Shown: positions 23,850-34,958 of the stretch, one piece after another
Layout of the letters: the number at the start of each line of letters is the position of its first letter
How positions within the stretch are numbered: the stretch's first letter is position 1
Assembly (NCBI GenBank): GCA_000165345.1
Contig: CM000434.1
Location: 320,001-384,000 of the forward strand
Direction of reading: 5' to 3'
Length of the DNA: 64,000 nucleotides
Notes under the pieces: model-generated
Database searches by the model: none
Seen by the model: the letters and a program-made list of their open reading frames with translations, nothing else
Told to the model about the DNA's origin: nothing
Position numbers and translations under genes: made by a program

Positions 23850-25967
23850 ATGCAATCAATTATAAAAAATGCGTTTGATAAAGTATCAGTTATTAAGGAT
23901 GTAGTCGGGAACTCTATTGAAGAAGCAGTCAAAAGCAATTCAAGAGATGCTTCATATGTATTTAACTCGGGATCTTCAATTTCCACTAGTATTGTTAATT
24001 GGGCTGAAAAAAACAATGTTTCTGAAAGGGCCAACAATATCAAAGTAAGTGCGAGCATGTTTGTTGAAGATTTAGCGACTGGCTTAAAGGGTATGACCAA
24101 TAACATTACAATTCAGAGCAATTTAACCTTGGAAAAATCAAATCAACGTAAATTATTCCAGGAAAAAAGCGAATACGACTATTTTTCTGGAGAATTTGAC
24201 TCTATTGATAATATTGATAAGTTTTATGATGATAATAAATCTTCTATTAAATCTGTTTACAAACCGGAAAATACATTTAGAGAGATACACCAAACAGAAT
24301 ACGAGCTTCCAAGTGAAATAGAAAATCCTCAAATAATACCAATTTGTAACCCTAATAAAAGTTCTAATTCCGACAAAATATGTTTTACATCTGGAGATTT
24401 AGATATTGAATCTAATGGCTCGAGTTCAAATGAATTAATTGGTGAACCGATAAAAGATAAAAAACTTATTCAAGACTGCGATAAATCAGATAATGAATGT
24501 AACTTACTAGATCTTGATAAATCTAGCTATCAAAATTCAGAAGATGGGTTAATGTTTTCAATTAATGAGAGAAAAAATGATCATGATAAGAAAATCGTCT
24601 TGTCAAATAATCAATCAACAATACCCGAAAATTGTACTCAAATTTCTAATACTGATTGTGAATATTTTGAAAACACTAAAAACCAAAGACACGATAATCA
24701 TTTTAAAAATCGATCTAAGATATATAGCCCCAATTCATCAAGTATTGAGCCTCAAGAAACATCTCAAGAAGTGAATTTGGACGTAAAAAATCATCAAATA
24801 AGTAAATTTGAAGAAAACTCGAAAAATGATAATAACCCTCAACTTAATCCACTTACTTTTTTCCAAGAAATTTCCAAACTTAAAGAACAAAATAAATCCC
24901 TTGAAAATCAATTGGAACAAGTAAAAAATGAATCTGTTGAACTTAAAGAAAAGGTTAATATGAAAACAAAAATCATAAATTCGATTAATTCTAGACTTTC
25001 TAAATTGGAAATTGAAAAGAAATCTTTGAATAACTACATAACTGAACTTGAAACTTCAAAGGCAGAATATAAATTGAAAATTGATGAGTTGGAGCATCTC
25101 AATCTTAACTTAAAACTAAATGAAGATGTTAATAAGGAACAAACAAATACTATTAGATCTCTACAAGAGAAAATAGCCGAATTAGAAAATGCGCTGGCTA
25201 TAGGTGAAGCAAATAAGATTGAATCTCTAAAAACTTATCAGAATGAAATTTCAGAACTTAGATTAAAGTTATCTAATTCAAAGGAAAAAGAAAGCAGTAA
25301 TTACAAGCCTTATATTAATAGAATAAGTGCATTAGAACATCAGCTTAGTGAATTAAGAAGAAGGCACTCGAATGAACTACAAAGATTTGAAACAATAATA
25401 GATGACTTAAAAAAAAAATCATTCAAAGATAGGACTGAAAAAGAAGTATTGGAAAACAAACTAAAAGATGCAAATAAGCTTCATCAAGAAACTATCGAAA
25501 ATTATGATGTTCAAATTTCTCAGTACCAATTTGTTCTAGATCAAATTGAAAATAGTAAAGTATCAAATTCCCACGATACAAAGAAATTAATTGATTCAAA
25601 TAAAAGTTTTAAGCTTTCAATATGTAATGCCAATGAGTTAATAATTGAATGCAAACATTCTGATAGCGGAGAAATGAGTTTTAATCAAAATACATTGCCT
25701 TATTTAAACCACACGATTTTATCAAAGCCAAATGTTACAACGCAGCTTTCAATGTTAAATCCTCTACAAGAAGAAATTAAACAAGCTTTGCACGATAAGC
25801 AACTATTGGAGGATGAATATTTTATTGTTTACGAAAAAAACAAACAAATCGGTCAAGAACTGGAAGAAGAAAAACAACGAAATAGACTTCTCCAACAACA
25901 ATTGGAGGCTATGTTTAAATTGGTAAATGATTTAAGCATCAAACTTGATGAATCTAAAAAATCATAA
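23850..25967 (+). CDS. Long coiled-coil protein (705 aa), function unknown.
   Basis: The C-terminal half has heptad-like K/E/L-rich sequence. ATG verified. Confidence 0.55.
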   Translation: MQSIIKNAFDKVSVIKDVVGNSIEEAVKSNSRDASYVFNSGSSISTSIVNWAEKNNVSERANNIKVSASMFVEDLATGLKGMTNNITIQSNLTLEKSNQRKLFQEKSEYDYFSGEFDSIDNIDKFYDDNKSSIKSVYKPENTFREIHQTEYELPSEIENPQIIPICNPNKSSNSDKICFTSGDLDIESNGSSSNELIGEPIKDKKLIQDCDKSDNECNLLDLDKSSYQNSEDGLMFSINERKNDHDKKIVLSNNQSTIPENCTQISNTDCEYFENTKNQRHDNHFKNRSKIYSPNSSSIEPQETSQEVNLDVKNHQISKFEENSKNDNNPQLNPLTFFQEISKLKEQNKSLENQLEQVKNESVELKEKVNMKTKIINSINSRLSKLEIEKKSLNNYITELETSKAEYKLKIDELEHLNLNLKLNEDVNKEQTNTIRSLQEKIAELENALAIGEANKIESLKTYQNEISELRLKLSNSKEKESSNYKPYINRISALEHQLSELRRRHSNELQRFETIIDDLKKKSFKDRTEKEVLENKLKDANKLHQETIENYDVQISQYQFVLDQIENSKVSNSHDTKKLIDSNKSFKLSICNANELIIECKHSDSGEMSFNQNTLPYLNHTILSKPNVTTQLSMLNPLQEEIKQALHDKQLLEDEYFIVYEKNKQIGQELEEEKQRNRLLQQQLEAMFKLVNDLSIKLDESKKS

Positions 25968-26213
25968 TTATGTAAAATTATTATCGCAATTTATATAAAT
26001 AATGCAAACTGTCATCTGTTTAAAATTAGTAAATCATTTTTTTAAAAAAAAATTGCAAGTTCATTTAATTTATATTTTTTTCTTCGATGTGGCGATTTTA
26101 ATCCACATAAATGCATTTGCACCACATGAAATATTTTCTCAACTGAATTGCATTGTCGTTGTATTACTGAAGAAATATATTCTCATTAATTATTAAATTA
26201 TTAATTTAATAAT

Positions 26214-28697
26214 ATGAAAATTTTGCGTCTTAAGTCACTTTTCTTTTTTCTTGAACTTTCATTGATAATAACTAATTCGAGTACGTATATTCCAAATGAC
26301 AATAAAATATTTTCTGGAGTATTTCTTCAATTATCAAGTAGAGAATTTGGAATCAAACAAAATAATGACAAAATTCAGGTAGGCTATAAAAATCAAACTA
26401 TAATAAGAACCGAATATAAAGATCATGACATTTCGCTTTGTGACATTGGATTCGCAATTTTGACAGCTCCCAAATATTTCAATACCAGAGTGAAAGATTT
26501 AAAAAATAGTTGGTTGAGACATTTATGTAGAACTGGTGGTGAACAGCAATTTTCTAGCAATTATGTGTTAATTTCATCTGAAGAACATACTGATATACCA
26601 ACAATGATACCCAATTGCGAAGAAAATTATCTAAATCTTTGTTGTAAAACTCTTGCATCTTACAAGTGGATGGTCAAAAATTGGCCAAAAAAAAAGTGGT
26701 ATATGAAACTTGATGACGACACTTTTGTGATTTTATCAAACTTAATTGATGAATTGAGCTCGTTTAATTCGAATGATAATATATTAATCGGTGGGCAAAT
26801 CTATTTAACATTAGAAGATTCATTGGCTAATTCTGTTACTGGTAGGTCGAATACTTTGCATTGGAAATATCATGGTGAAGTTATAAAAGGGATCAGAGGT
26901 GGTGCAGGGTATTTGATGAGCAACTCTTTAGCAAACTTATTTATAAAAAATGGACAAAGATATTTAGATATCTGCAACGATGGTGGCTCAAAATTTAAGA
27001 CATTCGAAGATGTATCTTTGTCACTATTGATTACAGAACTAGTAGGACAAAAATCAATAAAACACATCCCAGGGTTCCACTTTCATAACCCTGAAATCTC
27101 TTATCGTAATGGTTTTGATAAAAGGGGATTTAGACCCATTACATTTCACATGATGCACGATACTAGTAGAATGGAATTTTTTGATTATTTGTTGAATGGC
27201 TCAATGAGGCCTCCAACTTATTCATGTAACCACAGCTCTACAAATATGTGTATCTCTGAATTTGATCTTTCAATATCATCAAAATACTGGGATCCTGTTT
27301 ATTTTGGCCCATTGAGTTCTAATAGTTCAAAAATACTCGGGAAAAATGCTGTTTATAAAAGTAATTCTAAATCTGAGCATATATATATATACAACTCAAA
27401 TAAAAACAAAGTTGAATCTTTAAATAATTTAAATGTATCAAAGGTGAAACCTGTACAAAAAAGTACAATAGAAATGTCTTATCCAGAATATAGTCAATTA
27501 TCAAATATGCAAGTTACAAATGTATTCAAATTTGACGAACATTTAAATAACACAAATATTCCATTACAATTTAAATATAACTCGTTAGAAATAGAACATC
27601 CATGCAAAAATTTAATAGAGGAATATTCTAACAAATTAAAAAGTTACTATAAACAAGTTTTCACCGGAATTAAAGAGGTATTGTTTGTTGGTTTCCCAGA
27701 TCATCCAAACAGAGGAGATTCTGCAATTTTTACGGGTGCATTAATATTATTGGAATACTTGAAGATAAAAATTATTAAGGTAGTTCATTTATTGAATGAA
27801 TATAATGTGAATGAGATTCTTAATTCATTTAGCTATAAAACCGAGGAGAGAGCTATTATTTTCCATGGTGGAGGGAACTTTGGTGATTTATATTCTCATC
27901 ATCACGAATTAAGACATATTGTACTTAATGATTTTATTGATTACAAAATTATTATGTTTCCTCAGACAGTATTTTTCAAAAATGAAATAAATAAAGTTGC
28001 TACCAAAAAAAATTTTGTTAATCACAAAGGAGAAATATTCCTTGCAGCTAGAGACGGACACTCGTTGAAAATTATGACTGAAATGTTCAATGACGTAAAA
28101 CACATCAAACTTGAGTTGTTGCCTGACATGGCATTTTTAATTGGGGACCAAAGAAAGAGAAGGGGCATTCCTTCTCTCGATATACTGGTGCACGCAAGGG
28201 TAGACAACGAAGCTCCAGATTTAATGTTCAACAATACATTGGTAAAGATGAGCAAAATTAAAATAGAGAGTGTAAAAAAAGTGATAAAAGATAGTATTGA
28301 AATTGAGAATAATTCTGGAAAAGGTAAACATTTAAGCAAAGGCAACATTTTGATAAAAAATAAAGAATGGATCGACTACTTGACAATATTAATTGACGAT
28401 TGGTTAGATAGTGATGCAAACTACAATAATTTAATTAGTTCAGATTATATTGAAAAGTCGATTTCAAGAACATTAGATGGAATGGCATTTTTGTCTAGAG
28501 CCAACTTTGTAATAACTAACAGATTACATGGTCATATATTATTAACACTTTTGGGAGTTTCGCACATTGTCATGGGTGACTCATTTGGGAAATTAACAAA
28601 TTTCAGAGAAACATGGACTGCTAGCTGTCCACTATCAAGCTGGCATGACGAATTTTCCGATGCATTAGTTAGCGCATCAAAAGAATTGTATCAGTAA
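26214..28697 (+). CDS. Secreted or type-II protein with an N-terminal GT31/Fringe-like glycosyltransferase domain fused to a C-terminal polysaccharide pyruvyltransferase (PS_pyruv_trans, Pvg1/CsaB-like) domain.
   Basis: N-terminal signal-like hydrophobic segment. The Fringe-like blocks are WYMKLDDDTFV and GGAGYLMSNSLA. The C-terminal blocks are NRGDSAI, HGGGNFGD, ARDGHS, PDMAFL and NRLHGHILLTLLGVSHIVMGDSFGKLTNF, which match pyruvyltransferase motifs. Confidence 0.7.
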   Translation: MKILRLKSLFFFLELSLIITNSSTYIPNDNKIFSGVFLQLSSREFGIKQNNDKIQVGYKNQTIIRTEYKDHDISLCDIGFAILTAPKYFNTRVKDLKNSWLRHLCRTGGEQQFSSNYVLISSEEHTDIPTMIPNCEENYLNLCCKTLASYKWMVKNWPKKKWYMKLDDDTFVILSNLIDELSSFNSNDNILIGGQIYLTLEDSLANSVTGRSNTLHWKYHGEVIKGIRGGAGYLMSNSLANLFIKNGQRYLDICNDGGSKFKTFEDVSLSLLITELVGQKSIKHIPGFHFHNPEISYRNGFDKRGFRPITFHMMHDTSRMEFFDYLLNGSMRPPTYSCNHSSTNMCISEFDLSISSKYWDPVYFGPLSSNSSKILGKNAVYKSNSKSEHIYIYNSNKNKVESLNNLNVSKVKPVQKSTIEMSYPEYSQLSNMQVTNVFKFDEHLNNTNIPLQFKYNSLEIEHPCKNLIEEYSNKLKSYYKQVFTGIKEVLFVGFPDHPNRGDSAIFTGALILLEYLKIKIIKVVHLLNEYNVNEILNSFSYKTEERAIIFHGGGNFGDLYSHHHELRHIVLNDFIDYKIIMFPQTVFFKNEINKVATKKNFVNHKGEIFLAARDGHSLKIMTEMFNDVKHIKLELLPDMAFLIGDQRKRRGIPSLDILVHARVDNEAPDLMFNNTLVKMSKIKIESVKKVIKDSIEIENNSGKGKHLSKGNILIKNKEWIDYLTILIDDWLDSDANYNNLISSDYIEKSISRTLDGMAFLSRANFVITNRLHGHILLTLLGVSHIVMGDSFGKLTNFRETWTASCPLSSWHDEFSDALVSASKELYQ

Positions 28698-28793
28698 ATT
28701 AATGTGGAGAGTTAAATAAAAACCATAAAAAATACCTTATTAGATTATTTTTTGTAGATAATAGTTCAAAATAAAGCAATCAACTCTAAATTG

Positions 28794-29819
28794 TTAGTTT
28801 TCTGGAATATTTTCATTATTTTTTGATATTGTATGCGAGAAAATGAGAGGTTTTGGAATATTTGGGTATTTTTCTGCAATGCACTCGAGGATAATTTGAT
28901 TAGACCATGGCCCTATATTTGCATTGAACCATTCACCTTCATAATTAGGAGATCCACCTAAAAACTTAGGCAATTGATCAGGATCAACTAAATCAAATAG
29001 CACTGACTTCCAGTCGTCACTGTGGGTATAGACTGATATTTTTTTTGCAGTTCTTTCATCAATTAAAGGTTTAAGAAAGTTCCAAATAATTCCAAATATA
29101 CTTGGAGCATTTATTACGATCATTTTTCCGAGAAGTTCAGGATAATAATTCTGGCTAATGCTTACAAGCTCTTTGATAACTTTCCTGCAATTTCCATCAA
29201 ATTTGCCCATATTAAAGCCACTCATATCAATTATGTTTAAAGTAGAAAAATTCTGGAATTGAATTTCTCCCAAACTTAGCAAATTCATAATCTCGTCCTT
29301 GTTAATATTTGTGATATCTGAATCTTTGGGGAGATGCTCCTTCAATGCATTATATATTTGACACGATATTGAAATTACATTTACGAGGAACTCGTATTCA
29401 TATATCCACTGATTAAAGAAATTTTTTTCAGGATGGATTTCTAGCATTTGTTTAATATTACTGCTCCCAATACAATCAATATATATTGGTCTTCCCAACC
29501 TATCAATACCATGATACGCTCTTTGATATAAGTCTATTTTTATTGGTATTTGAGTGGTATTAATTAACTCTGCTACTTTTTTTTTTCCTCTCCATTCAAA
29601 ATACTTATTTAGCATTTCGGTTGATTTCTCAACATTGAATTGTCTTGCTTTCAAAAATCTAAAAAACAGTTTATAATCTGATTCACTAATACTTTCCAAA
29701 TTCAAATTAAAATTCTCGAGTAAGTTACTTAACTTAAGTTGTTGTTCTTTAAAGTCTATTTCGCATGAGCTATGCTTACTAGATAAGTGCCCAAAACCTT
29801 TTGGCCAACGGATTTTCAT
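28794..29819 (-). CDS. Sec14-like CRAL-TRIO phosphatidylinositol/lipid transfer protein.
   Basis: FLKARQFNVEKSTEMLNKYFEWR is the CRAL-TRIO N-terminal helix pattern of Sec14. The tracker start 29846 is TTG; the first ATG is 29819. Confidence 0.7.
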   Translation of the reverse strand: MKIRWPKGFGHLSSKHSSCEIDFKEQQLKLSNLLENFNLNLESISESDYKLFFRFLKARQFNVEKSTEMLNKYFEWRGKKKVAELINTTQIPIKIDLYQRAYHGIDRLGRPIYIDCIGSSNIKQMLEIHPEKNFFNQWIYEYEFLVNVISISCQIYNALKEHLPKDSDITNINKDEIMNLLSLGEIQFQNFSTLNIIDMSGFNMGKFDGNCRKVIKELVSISQNYYPELLGKMIVINAPSIFGIIWNFLKPLIDERTAKKISVYTHSDDWKSVLFDLVDPDQLPKFLGGSPNYEGEWFNANIGPWSNQIILECIAEKYPNIPKPLIFSHTISKNNENIPEN

Positions 29820-30152
29820 GTTGTTACAAGGGAATTTATCACTCAAATTTACCTTACTTTTTTATTCATATGTACCTTATGACAAACATTCAGTAAAAAT
29901 TAATATTTTTTCCACTATTAAAATTATTGGCGCAAAAGAAAATATGTTAAATATAGAGTTAAACAATTTAAATAATAATGAAGTTAAAAATTAATTAAAA
30001 AATTCTATGCAAAGTAAACAACATTAAAAACCTGTTACACTACTATGTGAATAGAATATCAGCTAGAAATTAATAGCTTAGTTAAGACCCATATTTGGGT
30101 TCTAATTTGTCTAAATTATTAACAAGTTATGGTATCAAAAGTATTTGCTCCG

Positions 30153-32792
30153 CTAATCTTTTAATGAATTTATAAATTCCTCAATTGAGATAGAATTAAT
30201 GATTTGACAACTGTCCTGCACCGAAATTGATAGTTTGCTTGATAAATTCCAATCTTTCAGAGGAAAATTTGTGTTCGATTGATCATTATTAGCCATTTTA
30301 TAGTTAATGTGGGAGAAATTAGGAAAATGGTTTAATGAATCCCATCTTGCATCCATAGTCTTTTTTGGTTCAAAATTTCTAGATAATTCACTAAAAATTT
30401 TCAAATCCTTAGACACTCTAAACATACTATTTCTTTGTCTCCAAATGAATAAATGACTAATCATCAATCTTGTGGATCTTAAGAGATTATATTTCTGTGA
30501 GCTCTTGATGCTTAATTGTTTTTTATTAGTTTTTTGCCCTTTCTCAATATTATCTTGAAAGGATCTTTTATTTGAAAAATAGAAATTGGCCTGATATGCC
30601 CTACTAAACCTAACCTTCATAGCATTTCTAGAAATGATACGTTTTTCTTTGCCTTTTAGCCTAAGCCAAAAGTTGGTGTGCACTGAATTACTACATTTAT
30701 GGCATATAAAAAGATTTGATTGGATGCTTTCATTTTTTAAGTCATTAAAAGTATCGATTGAATTTTTTGGGTTATAAATAACTGTGATTTTTGTTTTATT
30801 CCTTTTCAACGGACTAATTTCATTCATTAAAACAGAATCTTCAGTTCGGCAATAGTAGTCTAATAATTCTTTAAAATAAGACTCTTTGCTAATTTTACTG
30901 CTTGAGAACCAGTTAGGGAGACAAAATGAAGAAGAGGCGATAAATTGATTGCATTTCTTTAGACATGATTTGTGAATGCTTTTTGAACATATATCACATG
31001 ATAATAATGTTCCATGGCAAGAACAAACACTGCATTTTTCATCATCTCCAAGGCCTTGGTCAATAATAGGCCATGACAAGTCTTCATCAACAACTCTAAA
31101 TTTATTGAAAAAAAACGATAGTTTTTGAATGATTGTCCATCTACCTAAATCTACAGATCTGGAAAGGAAAATCTTCCAACCTTTTCCAAGTTCAATGTCA
31201 ATATTTGTCAAATTGTTAATTGCAAGTAGCCATGGATGGGACATTATATGGAGAAATATACCCTTTTGTCTAAATTGATTTAAAGAATATGAACGAACAT
31301 GTTTTTTATTTCTTTCGATTGAAGTTCCAAAATTATTTGAACATCTTCTTCTAGGTCGTTCAAGCTTTACAAAATTCATATTGAAAAACTTATTTTTATT
31401 CTCGCTAATTTCTTTGAATTTAACCCACCAATTGTTGTGCATTATATGCCTATTGCAACATTCTTGTTGGTTATGATAACCTTGCCAACACAAGGATGAA
31501 AATAAATGCCAAAGTGGCAGCTTAGTCGAATAATCTGTAAATTGTTCGTTTAAGTAATTATTGTTAAATAACGAGTTTTGAACCTCATTTATCAGTCTTT
31601 TGTCAACTTCAAAAATATTCAATGCTCTTTTTATAGCTTTATTTGATCTGTTCCTAATATGTTGTTCCTTCCAAGTCTTTTGATCCTCGATAATTTTTTC
31701 CCTCAAAAGAAGAAAAGACTCTAATGAATTTTTGTTATATGAGAAAGAATCTTGATCTGTTGACCCTCTTGTGACAACATTCAGATCCTTTTTTCTTTTT
31801 TTGTTAGTTGCTGGAATTAAAAATTCGCTGAATTCTATTGCTTCATGGATTTTTCTACTACCAATAACTTTTCTGCAATTCTCAAAATCACAGTTGCACT
31901 CAAGTAAACCTAAAAAACGAATAGGATTTTCATTTTTCCTAGCTAGATCTGGAGTGCATCGAGACATTAAATTTTCATAATCAATTGTTATCTCTGTACC
32001 TTTTTTAATATCATTCAGTGCAAATATACCCATTTTCAGCCATGATATTGTGTATTGGTTTCTTATTCTAGCCTTTTGTATATGAGAATTAGGCCTTGAA
32101 ATCCAAACTTCCGCTTGTGAGTTTGGATTACATGAGTGTCTAATATGCTTTGCTTCATTACCTGTTTGAGTCATATCCAAATAAATGAAGTTTTCAACTA
32201 GGCAAAAAAGTTTACCAGGCACTAAAGAAGTCTTCTCAAAACTATAACTCATAACATTTTCATCACCTTGATTTTTGAGCTTGAAATATTTTTGGTACCT
32301 GTCTCTCACGTCAGAATCTGTTAAAATTTCTCCTATACATTCAATTATTAATTCACCTTTTGACACATTGTCTGATAATATAAGTCTTGTTGAATGATGA
32401 GAATTACTATCTTTTAAATTATCTGAACTTATATGTCCACTTTCTTTTTTAATTGGCAATCTAAAACATTCAACAACATATTTCTTGTTTTTTTGATTTT
32501 TAAATCTGAGAAATGGTCTGTTATTACAGTACACATCATGTAAATGGTCAGAAAGTCCGCATATACTTTTATTACATTCCTGATGGTTCAGACGATTAAA
32601 ACAAAAATCGGCGCATGTTTTTTCACAGCTACATTTTTCAGAATTGTTAATTAATGGAATAAGTCCTGTTCCTAGCTCAAGTATTCTTTTACTTAAATAT
32701 GTACTATCTGGGGGTAATAGATTGCTTTCCAATCTAGGCAAGCTACCTATATCTTTAGCTTTATTCTGATAGTTAGTAATTCGGAGGTTCAT
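30153..32792 (-). CDS. SET-domain lysine methyltransferase with a PHD-type zinc finger.
   Basis: The SET core is GKGWKIF...ELIIECIGEIL...HIRHSCNPNS...GTEITIDY. A Cys-rich post-SET motif CNCDFENC follows, plus a PHD-like C4HC3 cluster CSVCSCHGTLLSCDICSKSIHKSC. Confidence 0.75.
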   Translation of the reverse strand: MNLRITNYQNKAKDIGSLPRLESNLLPPDSTYLSKRILELGTGLIPLINNSEKCSCEKTCADFCFNRLNHQECNKSICGLSDHLHDVYCNNRPFLRFKNQKNKKYVVECFRLPIKKESGHISSDNLKDSNSHHSTRLILSDNVSKGELIIECIGEILTDSDVRDRYQKYFKLKNQGDENVMSYSFEKTSLVPGKLFCLVENFIYLDMTQTGNEAKHIRHSCNPNSQAEVWISRPNSHIQKARIRNQYTISWLKMGIFALNDIKKGTEITIDYENLMSRCTPDLARKNENPIRFLGLLECNCDFENCRKVIGSRKIHEAIEFSEFLIPATNKKRKKDLNVVTRGSTDQDSFSYNKNSLESFLLLREKIIEDQKTWKEQHIRNRSNKAIKRALNIFEVDKRLINEVQNSLFNNNYLNEQFTDYSTKLPLWHLFSSLCWQGYHNQQECCNRHIMHNNWWVKFKEISENKNKFFNMNFVKLERPRRRCSNNFGTSIERNKKHVRSYSLNQFRQKGIFLHIMSHPWLLAINNLTNIDIELGKGWKIFLSRSVDLGRWTIIQKLSFFFNKFRVVDEDLSWPIIDQGLGDDEKCSVCSCHGTLLSCDICSKSIHKSCLKKCNQFIASSSFCLPNWFSSSKISKESYFKELLDYYCRTEDSVLMNEISPLKRNKTKITVIYNPKNSIDTFNDLKNESIQSNLFICHKCSNSVHTNFWLRLKGKEKRIISRNAMKVRFSRAYQANFYFSNKRSFQDNIEKGQKTNKKQLSIKSSQKYNLLRSTRLMISHLFIWRQRNSMFRVSKDLKIFSELSRNFEPKKTMDARWDSLNHFPNFSHINYKMANNDQSNTNFPLKDWNLSSKLSISVQDSCQIINSISIEEFINSLKD

Positions 32793-33196
32793 TTCTTAGA
32801 ATAAAAGACACCATATGTATGGATATAGCCGATTTATTGATTATATTGTCATTTTACTATTGGACCCGATATTTATTCGAAAATTAATTCCAGTCTTTAT
32901 TGCCTTGTAAGATTAAAAGCGGGTTAAACATTTATAAGTATGTATTATTTAATATTAATATTGAAATTTAACAACTAGTGAGAATATAATTATATATTTG
33001 ATAATCTTTGTTATCTTTCTCACTTTTATATTGAAATCAGTTCCATAGCGATTGTGTGGAAGACAACAGCAAGTTAATTATATTTTATTGGAGATATAGC
33101 TTTGCTAAAATCTAAATTTTATGACTTAAACACCTGATTGGATTTCAATATCTTCAAACTTAATTGATTCAATATCATAATTATTTTTATATTATC

Positions 33197-34813
33197 ATGC
33201 ATGGCCCTGAAATAGTTTCTGCAACAGTTTTGCAAAGTAAAACTAAGATTGAGATTAAGGATAAAAAAATTAGTTCAGTGATTATTTTTGATTCAAGTGT
33301 TAAAAGCGAATACTATGATGAATACTCTACACAAAATATTAGGGATGATGAAAAATTAATTTACTATTATCCGTCTAGTGACTCGATAATAATCAAACGC
33401 CAGCAAATGAGTCTAGTAGAAGGATTGATTTCTATGTCTTCCCTTTTAATAGGACGCAAAGAGCTAATAAATTATGTAAAAACACGTCAGTACGAAATCG
33501 TTTTTAAAAAAATAAAAGATTCGGAAATAGTTGTTTGTTTTATTATGCAACTGCCATATTACATCAAAGTACAAGCAGGGGAGACTGTTGATGTCGAGTT
33601 TACTGAAGACGATATATATGACAAAAGAAATAATCAATATTCAAATGACTTTTCTTATGATTTATCCTCTAAGTCTAGAAATAGCCTCAAAAACATAAAT
33701 CAAACTCAAGAAGAGAATAATAGAGAACCACTTTTGTCTATATTGGACAAATTTATTGAAACATTTACGTTGCTACATGGGGAAGTTGTTAATATAGAAA
33801 AGAAGTATTTGTTATATATTCTAGAAGATTTTGTACCTGCGTTTATTGAAACAATTGATCTCAATACTTTGTCCATTACTACGAGCATGAACGGATTTTA
33901 TTTTGCTCCAGTTGAGAGACAAGTTCAAATTTCAATAATAAACTTGGTAGAAAATATAATACGTGATTACAATGAAGTTTCACATGTTTCAATATTATTT
34001 GATGCTCATATGCTTTATTCAACTCTCGACTCTTTGTCAAGCAAAATACTTTACAATTATTTAGTAATGCATAATGGAATTGCTATGAATGATAAACTTT
34101 GTAATGAACCTTATGGAAGATTCCCTACGTCATCGTCTTTAGAAAAAAAAGGTGGGTTTTCAGCTTTTGGAAGAAGCAATAAGTTTTCAGGCGATGGATT
34201 TATTTTTGGCCCCACTTCAACTAATGATCAGAATAGCAAGGGGAATTTGATCTTTTCTCCCAAGGTTTTTCTTCCTTGCAATCCAGATAAGGGTTATAAA
34301 TTATTAGTATTTACTTATAATGAGATCATGGTGGTAATTTTATTCAACCCAGAATTGGATTTGAATACCACAGATAATTTTGATAAAAATACTCATTCTG
34401 AATTAAACAAAAATTTTCAATTTTTTCTTGATATGAAAAACCAAATAATTAATTGTAATGGTGGTATTTCTGAGCTCTATGAAAATGTATTTGAGCAATT
34501 CATGAGTATTATGAATTCAATGGATTCGTTTCGTTTCTTTTATATTAACAAATCGAACTATGCGATAAGAAGATCAAATAGATTACTTGGGACAACGAAG
34601 ACATTAATGTCTTCAATAGAGGGAGATTGCGTATTAAAAGCAACAAAAGTGATAAATACTAGCGATGAAAGCATAGATAGCTTTGTTTTTAAATCTAGTA
34701 ATGAAGGATGGGTTGTATGTAGAAAGTCTCTCGACCGTACATTCTATTTATTTTTTGAAGATAGTAAAATACCACTTTCCAAGGTTTTAGGTAAGTTAAA
34801 CAATATTTTATGA
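33197..34813 (+). CDS. Hypothetical protein, possibly a Ccz1/Mon1-family longin-domain (Rab7 GEF subunit-like) protein.
   Basis: The N-terminal pattern VIIFDSS...KLIYYYPSS...LVEGLISMSSLL resembles the Ccz1 first longin domain. The tracker start 33164 is TTG; the first ATG is 33197. Confidence 0.4.
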   Translation: MHGPEIVSATVLQSKTKIEIKDKKISSVIIFDSSVKSEYYDEYSTQNIRDDEKLIYYYPSSDSIIIKRQQMSLVEGLISMSSLLIGRKELINYVKTRQYEIVFKKIKDSEIVVCFIMQLPYYIKVQAGETVDVEFTEDDIYDKRNNQYSNDFSYDLSSKSRNSLKNINQTQEENNREPLLSILDKFIETFTLLHGEVVNIEKKYLLYILEDFVPAFIETIDLNTLSITTSMNGFYFAPVERQVQISIINLVENIIRDYNEVSHVSILFDAHMLYSTLDSLSSKILYNYLVMHNGIAMNDKLCNEPYGRFPTSSSLEKKGGFSAFGRSNKFSGDGFIFGPTSTNDQNSKGNLIFSPKVFLPCNPDKGYKLLVFTYNEIMVVILFNPELDLNTTDNFDKNTHSELNKNFQFFLDMKNQIINCNGGISELYENVFEQFMSIMNSMDSFRFFYINKSNYAIRRSNRLLGTTKTLMSSIEGDCVLKATKVINTSDESIDSFVFKSSNEGWVVCRKSLDRTFYLFFEDSKIPLSKVLGKLNNIL

Positions 34814-34958
34814 AAATTACTTATTGAATTTTAGATGAGTGCTCCATTTTTGAGGCAGCACATTTCAATAGCATTTTTATTTAATATTTTAATGGGCTAT
34901 AAAAACATTTCGGGCGCTATCAGTTAATAATATAATTTTGAAAATTTAACTTCTGAAT

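Noticed and set aside
30153-32793. Apparent 1-nt disagreement between my hand-read ATG position (cat at 32791..32793) and the tracker end (32792) for the SET-domain gene.
   Set aside because: Most likely a hand-counting error on my side. Stop codon and frame are otherwise consistent, so the tracker coordinates are kept.
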